Both the position numbers and the translations under genes were made by a program. From positions 1 through 23,738 of the forward strand of contig JBGGMJ010000123.1 in assembly GCA_041288095.1 (NCBI GenBank): DNA of 23,738 nt. The letters are read 5' to 3'. The notes beneath the pieces were generated by a model. It searched no databases. It was not told where the DNA came from and saw only the letters and a list, made by a program, of their open reading frames with translations. Of this stretch, positions 7,934 to 17,038 are shown piece by piece (position 1 is the first letter of the stretch; each line of letters opens with the position of its first letter). This DNA is from Myxococcota bacterium (GTDB lineage Bacteria; Myxococcota; XYA12-FULL-58-9; JALHOP01).

Positions 7934-8479
7934 ATGGACCCGACAGGGCCGGCAGGCGACGAAGAGGCGAAAAGCTCGGCTATGGGCCTGAACGAGGCAT
8001 TGGCCGTGAAGCGCGCCTTGGGCGACCAAGCGATCGCCGACGACGTGGAGCCGGAGGCCGAGTTCCTGTGCGTCCGTTTGCGTGATCGCAGATACGCGAT
8101 CCCGATCGGACAAGTAGCCGAGGTGTTGTCGCCGACGACGGTGACGCGCGTCCCGCACATGCCGAGCCACGTGCGCGGCGTGTTCAACCGTCACGGCAAG
8201 ATCACCGCGGTGCTCGACCTCGCGGCGTTCTCCGCCATCGAGACCGAAGAGTCTCCGAAGCGCCTCGTCGTCTTGCAACACGACCAGCTCGAGGCCGCCG
8301 TGCCGGTGAGCGAGGTGATCGGCCTGGTCCAGGTACGGCTGTCGCAGATCGAGCCGCCGCTCGCTCACCTCTCCGGCGAGCTGGCCTTCGTCACCGGACA
8401 GATCGATGGCGACGACGGTATCCTGTCGGTGCTCGACGCCCGCATTCTGCTCGAGAACAGCCGCGTTCGCCGGGGATGA
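7934..8479 (+). CDS. cheW: CheW coupling protein (FrzA position)
   Basis: Canonical CheW pattern YAIPIGQVAEVL...TRVPHMPSHVRGVFNRHGKITAVLDL...AAVPVSEVIGL...LSVLDARIL. The start is chosen at ATG 7934; 7982 is an alternative. Confidence 0.9.
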   Translation: MDPTGPAGDEEAKSSAMGLNEALAVKRALGDQAIADDVEPEAEFLCVRLRDRRYAIPIGQVAEVLSPTTVTRVPHMPSHVRGVFNRHGKITAVLDLAAFSAIETEESPKRLVVLQHDQLEAAVPVSEVIGLVQVRLSQIEPPLAHLSGELAFVTGQIDGDDGILSVLDARILLENSRVRRG

Positions 8480-8483
8480 CCTT

Positions 8484-8876
8484 TTGCGCGATACCACCGT
8501 CGGAATCCTGTTGATGCGCTGCGGAACCTGGACCGTGGGCGTCGACGCGCTATCGGTGCGCGCCATCCGACCGCCGCGCGCCTCCGACACGCCCATCGAC
8601 CTCGGCCAGCTCTTGCGGGTCGACGAAGCCGCCCCAGAGATGGATGCCGCCAAGCGTCGCATCGTCGAGCTCGGCATCGATAAGTCCGTGACCTTCGGCA
8701 TCGACGGCGCCCTCGGGACGCGCGCGCTCGGCCTCGCCGAGGTGCAACCGCTGTCGCGGGTCCTCCAGAGCCACGGTGCTCCGCCATGGTGGATTGGCAC
8801 GACGCAGATCGACGGCGAGCTCGTGCTCCTCCTCGACCTGTCCGTTTTAGCGTCCAGCCAAAAGAGTGGTGCATGA
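8484..8876 (+). CDS. Short, degenerate CheW-like protein (FrzB position, ~130 aa)
   Basis: VGVDALSVRAI, PIDLGQLL, TFGIDGALG and DGELVLLLDLSVL match CheW strands, but the VP..P..VxGxxNxRG segment is absent. Likely TTG start at 8484, just after the cheW stop. Confidence 0.75.
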   Translation: MRDTTVGILLMRCGTWTVGVDALSVRAIRPPRASDTPIDLGQLLRVDEAAPEMDAAKRRIVELGIDKSVTFGIDGALGTRALGLAEVQPLSRVLQSHGAPPWWIGTTQIDGELVLLLDLSVLASSQKSGA

Positions 8877-11137
8877 GCGGAGTCACCGCCCTCATCGGCC
8901 GCTTCCTCGCCACCGCCAGCGAGCGGCTCACCCAGATGGGCGAAGTGCTGTCGACCCTGCGCGGCAGCGGTGATGTGAACGACGTCGTCAAGCGCATCGG
9001 CCGCGACTTGCATACGCTCAAGGGCGAGGCGCGCCTCTTGGGGTTGCCCGAGATCGAGCGTGTCGCGCACGCCAGCGAGGACATGCTGTTCAGCCATCAC
9101 CGGGCGCAGCAGATCACCGAGTTCACCGAACAGCTGCTCTACGAAGCCATCGACATCATCTTCACGTGCGTCCAGGCGCGCGGCGAGGGCGTCTCCGTCA
9201 GCGAGGCCGAGATCGAGGCCGTCGTCAAACGCCTGCGCGACAACGTGCTGCCCGAGACCCGCGCGAGCGCACCCACCCAACAGCAGCCGCCGGAGCACGA
9301 CGACGGTCTGAGCTTCGGCGACGACGATATCGTGCTCGCCCAGCCCATCGAGCAAACAGAGGCCAAGGAGAACAAGCCCGAAGCGAAGACGCCCGAGCCG
9401 AAGCCCGAGGGCGACGATGGCGATCGGCGCCAGGGCGGCGGCCGCACCATGCATGTGGCGACCGCGCTGCTCGACAACATGACCGACGAGATCAGCAATC
9501 TGTCGGGGTCGCTCGTGCGCAACCGTCAGTACCTCGCGCGGCTGACCACGATGGTCGATGACCTGCGCGAGCTCATGCGCGCCACCGGCGAAGGAGGAGA
9601 GGCTCAAGACCCCGTGGAGAGAGCCGCCGCGCTCGAGAAGATCGCCACCCTCCCCGGCCGCATCACCACCGAGCTGCGCGAGTTCCGGGAGCACCATTTC
9701 CGGCTCGACCTGTCTTTCTCCGAGCTCTCCGAGCACACGCGCGAGGCGCGCCTGCAAGCGCTGCGCAGCGTCTTCGCTGGGTACCCTTCCTTCGTACGCA
9801 ACGTCGCCCGCCAGGAAGGCAAGCGCATCCGCGTCGAGACCAGCGGCGAAGAGCTCGGTATCGATCAACGCGTGCTCGACGAGATCGGCGAGCCCTGCCT
9901 GCACCTGCTCCGCAACTCCGTGGTGCACGGTATCGAGACGCCCGAGGAGCGGCGTCGGTCCGGCAAACGCGAAGAGGGCCTGGTCAGCATTCACGCGCGT
10001 CAGGACGGCGAGCTCGTGCGCATCGAGTTCTCGGACGACGGCCGCGGCATCGATGTCGATCGCGTCCGCCGTAGGGCCATCGCCATGGGCACCATCGACG
10101 AAGAACACGCGTCACGCTTGAACCCCGAGGAGCTGGCCCGCCTCGTCTTCACCAGCGGACTATCGACCGCGGCGACGACGACGGAGCTCGCGGGCCGCGG
10201 TGTCGGGCTCGACGTCGTCAGCACCGTCATCGATCGCATGGGCGGCACGGTGACGCTCGAGACCATCCACGGCGTCGGCACCAAGTTCGTGTTGCAAGTG
10301 CCGGTGTCGCTATCGCTGACGCGTGCCCTCTTCCTCGAGACCGCGGATCAAACGTTCGCCGTCCCCAATGCCGCCGTCGTCGAGGTCTACCGCCTGCCGG
10401 TGCGCGAGATCCGCACCATCGAAGGCCGCGAGACCACGAGCTTCCGCGGCAAGCTCCTGCCGTTGGTGCGCTTGCGCGAGGCCCTGGGATTGAAGGGCAT
10501 CAAAGACATCTTCGTGAACAAGGTCGGCGTCGTCGTCTTGCGATCCGGCGACGACATGGCTGGTTTCGTCGTCGACAACCTCATCGGCGAGCGCGAGATC
10601 GTCGCGCGTCCCTTCGGGCACTATGTCGGTCGCGCCTACATGGCGAGCGGCGTCACCCTGATGGAGAACGGCGACGTCGTCCTCATCCTGCATCCCCCGG
10701 ACCTGCTGCGCTCTCTCCACGATACCAAGCGCACGCGTGGCGCGGCCGGCGAGGCCCGGGCCGACGGGAGCGAACGCCGCATCTTGTACGCCGAGGATTC
10801 GATCATCACGCGCGAGTACGCGGCCGGCGTGCTGCGCTCGCGCGGGTTTCAGGTCGTCGAGGCCTCCGACGGCGTCGAGGCGTTCGAGCGCTTGCAGGTG
10901 GACCGCTTCGATCTCCTGCTCACCGATCTGCAGATGCCCCGCATGGATGGATTCAAGCTATGCGCTCAGGTCCGCAAGGATCCGCGTCTGAAGAACTTGC
11001 CCATCGTCGTCATGTCGACGCTCGATACGCCGGAGACCAAGCGTATGGCGCTCGACGCGGGCGCCGATGCGTATCTCGTGAAGTCGAGCTTCGCTGCTGA
11101 CACACTCATCTCGACCATCGGTCACGTCATTCGATGA
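8873..11137 (+). CDS. cheA: CheA-receiver hybrid histidine kinase (FrzE-like)
   Basis: HPt motif LHTLKGEARLLG; N box HLLRNSVVHGIE; G1 DDGRGID; G2 GRGVGLDVV; P5 CheW domain; C-terminal REC (AEDS, LTDLQMPRMDG, YLVK). The ATG at 8873 overlaps the upstream stop (ATGA). Confidence 0.95.
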   Translation: MSGVTALIGRFLATASERLTQMGEVLSTLRGSGDVNDVVKRIGRDLHTLKGEARLLGLPEIERVAHASEDMLFSHHRAQQITEFTEQLLYEAIDIIFTCVQARGEGVSVSEAEIEAVVKRLRDNVLPETRASAPTQQQPPEHDDGLSFGDDDIVLAQPIEQTEAKENKPEAKTPEPKPEGDDGDRRQGGGRTMHVATALLDNMTDEISNLSGSLVRNRQYLARLTTMVDDLRELMRATGEGGEAQDPVERAAALEKIATLPGRITTELREFREHHFRLDLSFSELSEHTREARLQALRSVFAGYPSFVRNVARQEGKRIRVETSGEELGIDQRVLDEIGEPCLHLLRNSVVHGIETPEERRRSGKREEGLVSIHARQDGELVRIEFSDDGRGIDVDRVRRRAIAMGTIDEEHASRLNPEELARLVFTSGLSTAATTTELAGRGVGLDVVSTVIDRMGGTVTLETIHGVGTKFVLQVPVSLSLTRALFLETADQTFAVPNAAVVEVYRLPVREIRTIEGRETTSFRGKLLPLVRLREALGLKGIKDIFVNKVGVVVLRSGDDMAGFVVDNLIGEREIVARPFGHYVGRAYMASGVTLMENGDVVLILHPPDLLRSLHDTKRTRGAAGEARADGSERRILYAEDSIITREYAAGVLRSRGFQVVEASDGVEAFERLQVDRFDLLLTDLQMPRMDGFKLCAQVRKDPRLKNLPIVVMSTLDTPETKRMALDAGADAYLVKSSFAADTLISTIGHVIR

Positions 11138-12300
11138 GCACGGAAGCCAAAAGCCATAGCGACAAGCCGATCCGGCTCGTGGTGATCGAGGACTCGCCCA
11201 TTCAACGCGAGGCGCTCGTCGACCTCTTCGAGGAAGATGGGAACCTGCAAGTGGTCGCGGCCGTCGGCACCGGCAAGGAAGGCGTCGAGCGCGTGAAAGC
11301 GCTCAAGCCCGATCTCGTCACCTGCGACATAGGTCTCCCCGACATCGACGGCTTCGACGTGGTGCGGGCGATCATGGCCGACCAGCCGACGCCGGTCATC
11401 ATGCTGACGGCGACGCTGCGACCGAAGTGGCGCAAGGACGCGTTCCACGCGCTCACCTTGGGAGCGATGGACGTCATCGAGAAACCCGATCTCGCCGACC
11501 TCAACGACAAGGAGTGGCGCAAGCGCATCCAACGGCAGCTCCGCTTCATCGCGCGCTCCCCGGTCATCCCGCATGTCCTCGATCGCATCAAGCAGCGCAC
11601 AGACCGCCTCCGCGCCCAGGCCATCGAGCGCAACGACCGCACGCCGACTCCGACCGCGATTCGCGTAAGCCCGCGTCCGCGACAGCAGACATTGTCCGCC
11701 ACGCCGACCGCCACCATCGAGTTGCTCGCGGTCGTTGCTTCCGCGGGCGGCCCCAAGGCAGTGCGCACGCTCCTCGAAGGCTTGGCCCCGGCGTTCCCGC
11801 TGCAGGTGCCCATTCTCGTCGCGCTCCACCTCGGGCGGCACATGGGGTCGTCCTTCGCGAGCTTCCTCGGTCAGGTGTTGCGAGCGCCGGTCGTCGAGCT
11901 CCTCGATCAGAGCACCTTCGAGCCCGGCAACATCTACGTGGCGCCGGGCCGCAAGCACGTCGAAGTGGTGAGCAAGGGGCGCGTCCGCATCTTCGACCAG
12001 CTCCCCGATTCCACCTACAGCCCGTCGCTCGACTATTTCTTGTGGTCGGTTGCGCGTGTCTACGGGCCGACCGCGGTCGGCTGCATTCTGACCGGCATGG
12101 GCGCGGACGGCGCCGATGGCTTGCTGGCCATGCGCCGGAGCGGCGCGCTCACGGTGGGACAGGACGAGGCTTCGAGCTTGGTTTACGGCATGCCACGCGT
12201 GGCCTTCGAGCTCGGCGCGGTCAGCGTTCAACAGGCCCCGCACGAGATGCCAATCACCATCTGTGACTGGCTGGGCGTCCGCGGCAAGGTGCGTGTGTGA
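11134..12300 (+). CDS. cheB: Chemotaxis methylesterase with N-terminal receiver (FrzG position)
   Basis: REC motifs IEDS, TCDIGLPDIDG and IEKP. Catalytic triad motifs ASAGG (Ser), ALHL (His) and LTGMGADG (Asp), plus QDEASSLVYGMP. ATGA overlap with cheA. Confidence 0.95.
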   Translation: MSTEAKSHSDKPIRLVVIEDSPIQREALVDLFEEDGNLQVVAAVGTGKEGVERVKALKPDLVTCDIGLPDIDGFDVVRAIMADQPTPVIMLTATLRPKWRKDAFHALTLGAMDVIEKPDLADLNDKEWRKRIQRQLRFIARSPVIPHVLDRIKQRTDRLRAQAIERNDRTPTPTAIRVSPRPRQQTLSATPTATIELLAVVASAGGPKAVRTLLEGLAPAFPLQVPILVALHLGRHMGSSFASFLGQVLRAPVVELLDQSTFEPGNIYVAPGRKHVEVVSKGRVRIFDQLPDSTYSPSLDYFLWSVARVYGPTAVGCILTGMGADGADGLLAMRRSGALTVGQDEASSLVYGMPRVAFELGAVSVQQAPHEMPITICDWLGVRGKVRV

Positions 12301-13883
12301 GCTCATTCGCCGAGCGCTTCGCGGCGATTCTCGAAACGCGCACCGGCATCCGCCTGAACCGCCAGAACGTCCAACGCGTCGGCGGCGTCTTGCGCGCGCG
12401 CGCCGAGACCCTTGGCCACCCCACACCCGACACCTACGTCGACAGCATCGAGAAGAACATCGCCACGTCGGAAATGCAGACGCTGGTGAATTTGGTGACC
12501 GTCGGCAAGACCTCGTTCTATCGCTATCCCGACATGGTGTCCGCTATCGTGCACACCATCATGCCGGCTCTGCACGCTCACTTGCATCCGGCTCGCGGCA
12601 TCAACATCTGGAGCGCCGGCTGCTCGACGGGAGAGGAGCCCTACACGCTCGCCATGGCCCTCACCGAGGACGGCTGGTTCGGCAAACGCCGCATCCGCAT
12701 CCTCGCGACCGATATCAACACCAACTCGCTCGACCAGGCCCGTATCGGCCGCTATGGGCACGCCCGCCTCGACCGCTTGCCGCCTACCGTGCGCAAGTAC
12801 GTCACTGTCGAGAATCGCGCCGTCACGGTGAACCCCGACATCCGCGAGCGCGTCACCTTCGACCGGCTGAATCTCGCCACGGATCCGTTTCCCGATCCGG
12901 GGAGCTGGCATCTCATCGTCTGCGCCAACGTGCTCATCTACTTTAGCGGTCAAGGCATCACCCGCATTCTCGACCAGTTCTGCGGCGCCATGTCGCAAGA
13001 CGCGGTGCTCTTCCTCGGGGGCGCCGAAAACCCAGCGGGCTACGACCGGCGCTTGTCGCCGGCGCGCTTCGGCAAAGCGTACGGGTTCCTCCACGGCGAC
13101 TGGAACCCCGCCATGCAAGCGCATCGCCTCGAGGCCGCTAACGCGGGGCCGCCCCGCTTCCGCGACGAGAAGACCCCGGCCGCCGGCATCCGCAAGCCGA
13201 CATCGATCACGACGAGCAACACACCGATGCCGATGTCAGCGAGCACGACTCCGACGCCAGCGCGCGCCGCCGACGGCACCAGGCCGCGCCGCATCACTCA
13301 ATCCTTCGAAGAGGCCGACCAGACGACCTTCGAGGTCGAGAAGCTGCTCAACGCCGCCGCCGGTGGTGCGAGAGAGATGGCGATCACGCGCCTCGCGGAG
13401 CTCCGCGAGCAACATCCCGATCATTCCCGCGTCTCGCGCGCGCTCGGTATGTTGCTGTTCAACGAGAAGCGTTTCGAGGAGTCATGCGCCGCTCTCGACG
13501 ACGCCATCGCCAGCGACCCGCTCGCGTTCGATCTCTATTTCTACTTGGGCTGGCTCTACCTCGCGCTGAACGACGTCGAGGCGGCGCGCCACGCCCTGCG
13601 CCGCGCCCTCTTTCTGGAGCCGGGCTTCACCTTCGCGCGCTACGAGCTGGCGCTGACGATGCACCGCGCCGGCCAGTTCGACGAGGCGGTCCGCGAGTAC
13701 GCTCGAGCGGAGCAAGCGGCCTTGGATCCTCGCGTCAATCAGCGTCTGCGCGAGCGAGCCGAAGGATCGAGCGAAACCTTTTGGATCAACGATTCCTTTA
13801 TCGTCGAGCTCTGTCGAAGCAACAAAGAACGTGCAAGACAGCGGCTAACTCCGCAAACTTCGGGTAGAATCATCGGACGTTGA
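12297..13883 (+). CDS. cheR: CheR methyltransferase with C-terminal TPR repeats (FrzF-like)
   Basis: IWSAGCSTGEEPYTLAM, ILATDIN and CANVLIYF. TPR region (LYFYLGWLY...AARHALRRALFLEPGF..ARYELA). The GTG start overlaps the cheB stop (GTGA). Confidence 0.93.
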   Translation: MSSFAERFAAILETRTGIRLNRQNVQRVGGVLRARAETLGHPTPDTYVDSIEKNIATSEMQTLVNLVTVGKTSFYRYPDMVSAIVHTIMPALHAHLHPARGINIWSAGCSTGEEPYTLAMALTEDGWFGKRRIRILATDINTNSLDQARIGRYGHARLDRLPPTVRKYVTVENRAVTVNPDIRERVTFDRLNLATDPFPDPGSWHLIVCANVLIYFSGQGITRILDQFCGAMSQDAVLFLGGAENPAGYDRRLSPARFGKAYGFLHGDWNPAMQAHRLEAANAGPPRFRDEKTPAAGIRKPTSITTSNTPMPMSASTTPTPARAADGTRPRRITQSFEEADQTTFEVEKLLNAAAGGAREMAITRLAELREQHPDHSRVSRALGMLLFNEKRFEESCAALDDAIASDPLAFDLYFYLGWLYLALNDVEAARHALRRALFLEPGFTFARYELALTMHRAGQFDEAVREYARAEQAALDPRVNQRLRERAEGSSETFWINDSFIVELCRSNKERARQRLTPQTSGRIIGR

Positions 13884-13931
13884 AAAGCCTATGCCACGCT
13901 GTCGTGTGTGCGTAGGTAGGCCGTGGCTTTC

Positions 13932-13961
13932 TTGACCTGGACGGGAGAAAGTCCTTAGCCT
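13932..13961 (+). promoter_or_regulatory. Putative sigma70-type promoter for the receiver/cAMP genes
   Basis: TTGACC (13932-13937), 18-nt spacer, TAGCCT (13956-13961), then a GGGGAG RBS before ATG 13977. Confidence 0.5.
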
Positions 13962-13976
13962 CAATCGGGGAGAATC

Positions 13977-14366
13977 ATGGGCACGAAGATCGTTCTAGTG
14001 GACGACAGCCTCGTGGCGCTCGAGTGGGCTCGCGAGGCGCTAGCGCCGCTGGGCTTCGAGGTCGTGACATACAACGCCTCGCTCGGAATCCAAGCCTTCG
14101 TCCGCAAGAACCAACCGCGGCTCGTCTTGCTCGACGTCAACATGCCGGCTCTGAACGGCGATCTCGTCTGCCGCATGCTCAAGGAGAGTCCGCAGACCAA
14201 GGACGTCTTGGTCGCCCTCTACTCGTCGATGCCCGAGGACGAGCTGCAGCAGCTCGCCGAGAAGAGCGGCGCCGACGGCTACATCATCAAGTCGAACGAC
14301 GTGAGCCTCCTGTCGCAGCAGCTCGAGCGTTTGCTGCGCCGCCCAAGCTTCACCACCCAAGCCTGA
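13977..14366 (+). CDS. Stand-alone single-domain response regulator (CheY-like)
   Basis: VLVDDS, LLDVNMPALNG (phosphoacceptor Asp), LYSS and GADGYIIK. 129 aa with no output domain. Confidence 0.92.
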   Translation: MGTKIVLVDDSLVALEWAREALAPLGFEVVTYNASLGIQAFVRKNQPRLVLLDVNMPALNGDLVCRMLKESPQTKDVLVALYSSMPEDELQQLAEKSGADGYIIKSNDVSLLSQQLERLLRRPSFTTQA

Positions 14367-14433
14367 TCGCGGCCACGCCCCAGCGTCACGCAAGGAATGC
14401 GACACGGGGTCCCGCTCCGTGTAAGGTACAGGC

Positions 14434-17007
14434 GTGAAAATCCCGAGCTTCCTACGGCGTGTCACCCCCCTCCGTATTGCTCTCGTCATCGCCCTCGCCT
14501 TCTGCGCCATGCATTTCGCGATCGAGCTGAGCTTGTTCTCGACAGGTCCGCTGTCGCGGAGCGGTTTCATCCGCCTGCTCGATCTCAAGTCGCTCGACTT
14601 GAAGTTCCTGAGCCGCGGTAAGCCCGACAACATCGTACCCAAGGTCGTGGTCGCAGCGGTCGACGAGAAGAGCATCGAGCGCTACGGCCTCTTCCCCTGG
14701 AACCGCCGCATCATTGGCGACCTGGTCGACAAGCTCACCGAAGGCGGCGCCAAGGTGATCGGATTCGACATCGTGTTCGGCGACGAGGACCGCAACTCGT
14801 CGTACCAGAGCGTCCGCCGCTTCCTCACGGCCTACGACGAACGCGCCTTGTCACCGTCTTCGAAGCTCTCGAAAGAGATGCTCGACGAGCTGCGCACCAG
14901 CGGCGCCGCCCAGGTCGAGCTCAAGAACGCTATCGCGGAGCTGGAGAACAAGCTCAAGGATCGCGAAGGCAAACAGCCGCCACCGCCGGGCTCGCTGGTC
15001 ACCTTGCAGCGCTTGAAAGCCCAGAACGAGAAGTCGCTGAAGAACCTCGGCCGGGCCCGTGAGCTCGCGGTCGACTGGAACGACCGCTCGGGCAAGTTCT
15101 ACGAGATGATGAGCCGAGAGATCTCGGACGTCTCGCCTGACGAAGCGCTGGCCCGCGCCGTCGGCCGCTCGCCGCAAACCATCCTCGGCTACTTCTTCTT
15201 GCGCAGCAAAGAAGAGCTCAAGAGCTTGTCCATGGAGGCCATGAAGGAGGCGGCGATTCCGCTGAAGCGAGCGGCGATTCCGTCACTCTACATCGAGAAA
15301 GAAGCGCCATACGGCGTCGTCATCGAGCCGACCGAGAGCGACTGGCCCAAGATGCACGTCGACCGCGCGCTCGGTGTCCGCGCCGTGTTGCCGAAGATCG
15401 CCGAGCAGGCCAAGGGCTTCGGCAACTTCAACGTGTCGCCGGATCAGGACGGCGTCGCTCGCAAGGCGCCCTTGCTCGCGGCATTCGAGGGCGCGTTCTA
15501 CCCTGCCCTGTCACTCGCCAGCGCCGCCAAGTACCTCGACCAGACCATCTATCCCATCGAGGGCTTGTGGCCGAAGGTCACCATCGACCACGTCGACCTC
15601 GGCGAGATGAAGATCCCGACGACCGAGCGCGGCGAGATGCTCATCGACTACTACGGCGTCCCGCAGCAATACATCCCGACCATCAGCGTCGCCGACATCC
15701 TCGACGGCTCCGCTGGGCCGGAGTCTTTCAAGGACAAGGTGGTGCTCGTCGGCATGACCGCCATCGGCACCTACGACTTCCGCGTCACGCCATTCTCGCC
15801 GGTCACGCCTGGTGTCTACATCCACGCCGCCGGCGTTCAGAACATCCTCGATGGCCGCTTCCTGGTTCGCCAGGACTACATCGTCATGTTCGAGATGATC
15901 GCGTTCCTGTTGCTCGGCGTCCTCATGGGAGTCGGCTTCGCGCGCCTCCCCGCTTGGGCCACCATCACCGGGACGCTGCTCTTCGGTGTGGTCGTCTACT
16001 TCATCGACGTGTGGGCCATCTTCTCGAACGGCTTTTGGACCCTCAACGTCCTGCCGACGATGCAAGCGACGCTGACCGCGGTCGCCATCATCATCTACAA
16101 GTTCCTCACCGAGGGCCGCGAGAAGCGTCAGATCCGCAAGGCCTTCCAGCACTACCTGAACAAGACCGTCGTCGACATGATCATCAAGGATCCGTCGCGC
16201 CTGAAGCTCGGCGGCGAGCGCCGCGAGTGCACGGTCTTCTTCAGCGACGTGCGCGGCTTCACGACGCTCTCGGAGAAGCTCTCACCCGAGCAGCTCGTGC
16301 ACGTGCTCAATACCTATCTCACGCCGATGACCGACTTGATCTTCAAGTACGACGGCACGCTCGACAAATACATCGGCGACGCCATCATGGCGTTCTTCAA
16401 CGCGCCCATCGATCAGAGCGATCACGCCATCCGCGCCTGCCACGTTTCGGTCGACATGATGGTCGAGCTCGAGCGCTTGCGAAAGGAATGGGCGGCCGAG
16501 GGCATGACCCATCACATCGACATCGGTATCGGCTTGAACTCGGGCCCGATGGTCGTCGGCAACATGGGCACGCCCAACTATTTCAACTACACGGCGATGG
16601 GCGACACGGTAAACCTGGGTAGCCGCCTCGAAGGCATCAACAAAGAGTACGGCACCAACATCATCATCAGTCAGTCGACCCACATGCTCGCGAAGGAGCA
16701 CATCCACGTGCGCGAGATGGATCTCGTCAAGGTCAAGGGCAAGAACGACCCCGTCCATATCTACGAGCTCGTCGGCAAGGGCGCGGCCACCGGCGCCTCC
16801 AAGGACTTGCTCGACGCCTGGGGACGGGGCTTGAACCTGTACCGCAATCAAAAATGGGACGACGCCATCGCCATCTTCGATATGATCCGCACGCAGATGA
16901 AAATTGGTGACGGCCCCAGTGAGACGTACATTGAGCGGTGCGAGATCATGCGCGCTGAGCCGCCGGGTGCTAACTGGGACGGTGTCTGGACGATGACCAC
17001 GAAGTAG
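14434..17007 (+). CDS. CHASE2-domain membrane class III adenylate cyclase with C-terminal TPR-like tail
   Basis: N-terminal TM; CHASE2 motifs (VDEKSIERYGLFPWNR, GAKVIGFDIVF, DQDGVAR, KVVLVG, PGVYIHA); three TMs. Cyclase motifs FSDVRGFT, DKYIGDAIMAFF and YTAMGDTVNLGSRLE. Lys/Thr specificity residues indicate ATP as substrate. Confidence 0.95.
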   Translation: MKIPSFLRRVTPLRIALVIALAFCAMHFAIELSLFSTGPLSRSGFIRLLDLKSLDLKFLSRGKPDNIVPKVVVAAVDEKSIERYGLFPWNRRIIGDLVDKLTEGGAKVIGFDIVFGDEDRNSSYQSVRRFLTAYDERALSPSSKLSKEMLDELRTSGAAQVELKNAIAELENKLKDREGKQPPPPGSLVTLQRLKAQNEKSLKNLGRARELAVDWNDRSGKFYEMMSREISDVSPDEALARAVGRSPQTILGYFFLRSKEELKSLSMEAMKEAAIPLKRAAIPSLYIEKEAPYGVVIEPTESDWPKMHVDRALGVRAVLPKIAEQAKGFGNFNVSPDQDGVARKAPLLAAFEGAFYPALSLASAAKYLDQTIYPIEGLWPKVTIDHVDLGEMKIPTTERGEMLIDYYGVPQQYIPTISVADILDGSAGPESFKDKVVLVGMTAIGTYDFRVTPFSPVTPGVYIHAAGVQNILDGRFLVRQDYIVMFEMIAFLLLGVLMGVGFARLPAWATITGTLLFGVVVYFIDVWAIFSNGFWTLNVLPTMQATLTAVAIIIYKFLTEGREKRQIRKAFQHYLNKTVVDMIIKDPSRLKLGGERRECTVFFSDVRGFTTLSEKLSPEQLVHVLNTYLTPMTDLIFKYDGTLDKYIGDAIMAFFNAPIDQSDHAIRACHVSVDMMVELERLRKEWAAEGMTHHIDIGIGLNSGPMVVGNMGTPNYFNYTAMGDTVNLGSRLEGINKEYGTNIIISQSTHMLAKEHIHVREMDLVKVKGKNDPVHIYELVGKGAATGASKDLLDAWGRGLNLYRNQKWDDAIAIFDMIRTQMKIGDGPSETYIERCEIMRAEPPGANWDGVWTMTTK

Positions 17008-17038
17008 CGATAGCTCTTAGGGATTCGAGGGTAGCGCC

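Noticed and set aside
7877..10108. 743-aa minus-strand ORF
   Set aside because: Antisense shadow of cheW/cheW-like/cheA. Long stop-free reverse frames are expected with high-GC codon bias, and it has no motifs.
7934..13883. Calling the cluster a Wsp system
   Set aside because: Gene order differs from wspABCDEFR, there is no WspA MCP and no GGDEF output. The order and HPt motif fit Frz better.
13886..13932. Intrinsic terminator between cheR and the receiver gene
   Set aside because: An imperfect hairpin (GCCTATGC/GCGTAGGT) exists but lacks an adjacent U tract, so it is not called.
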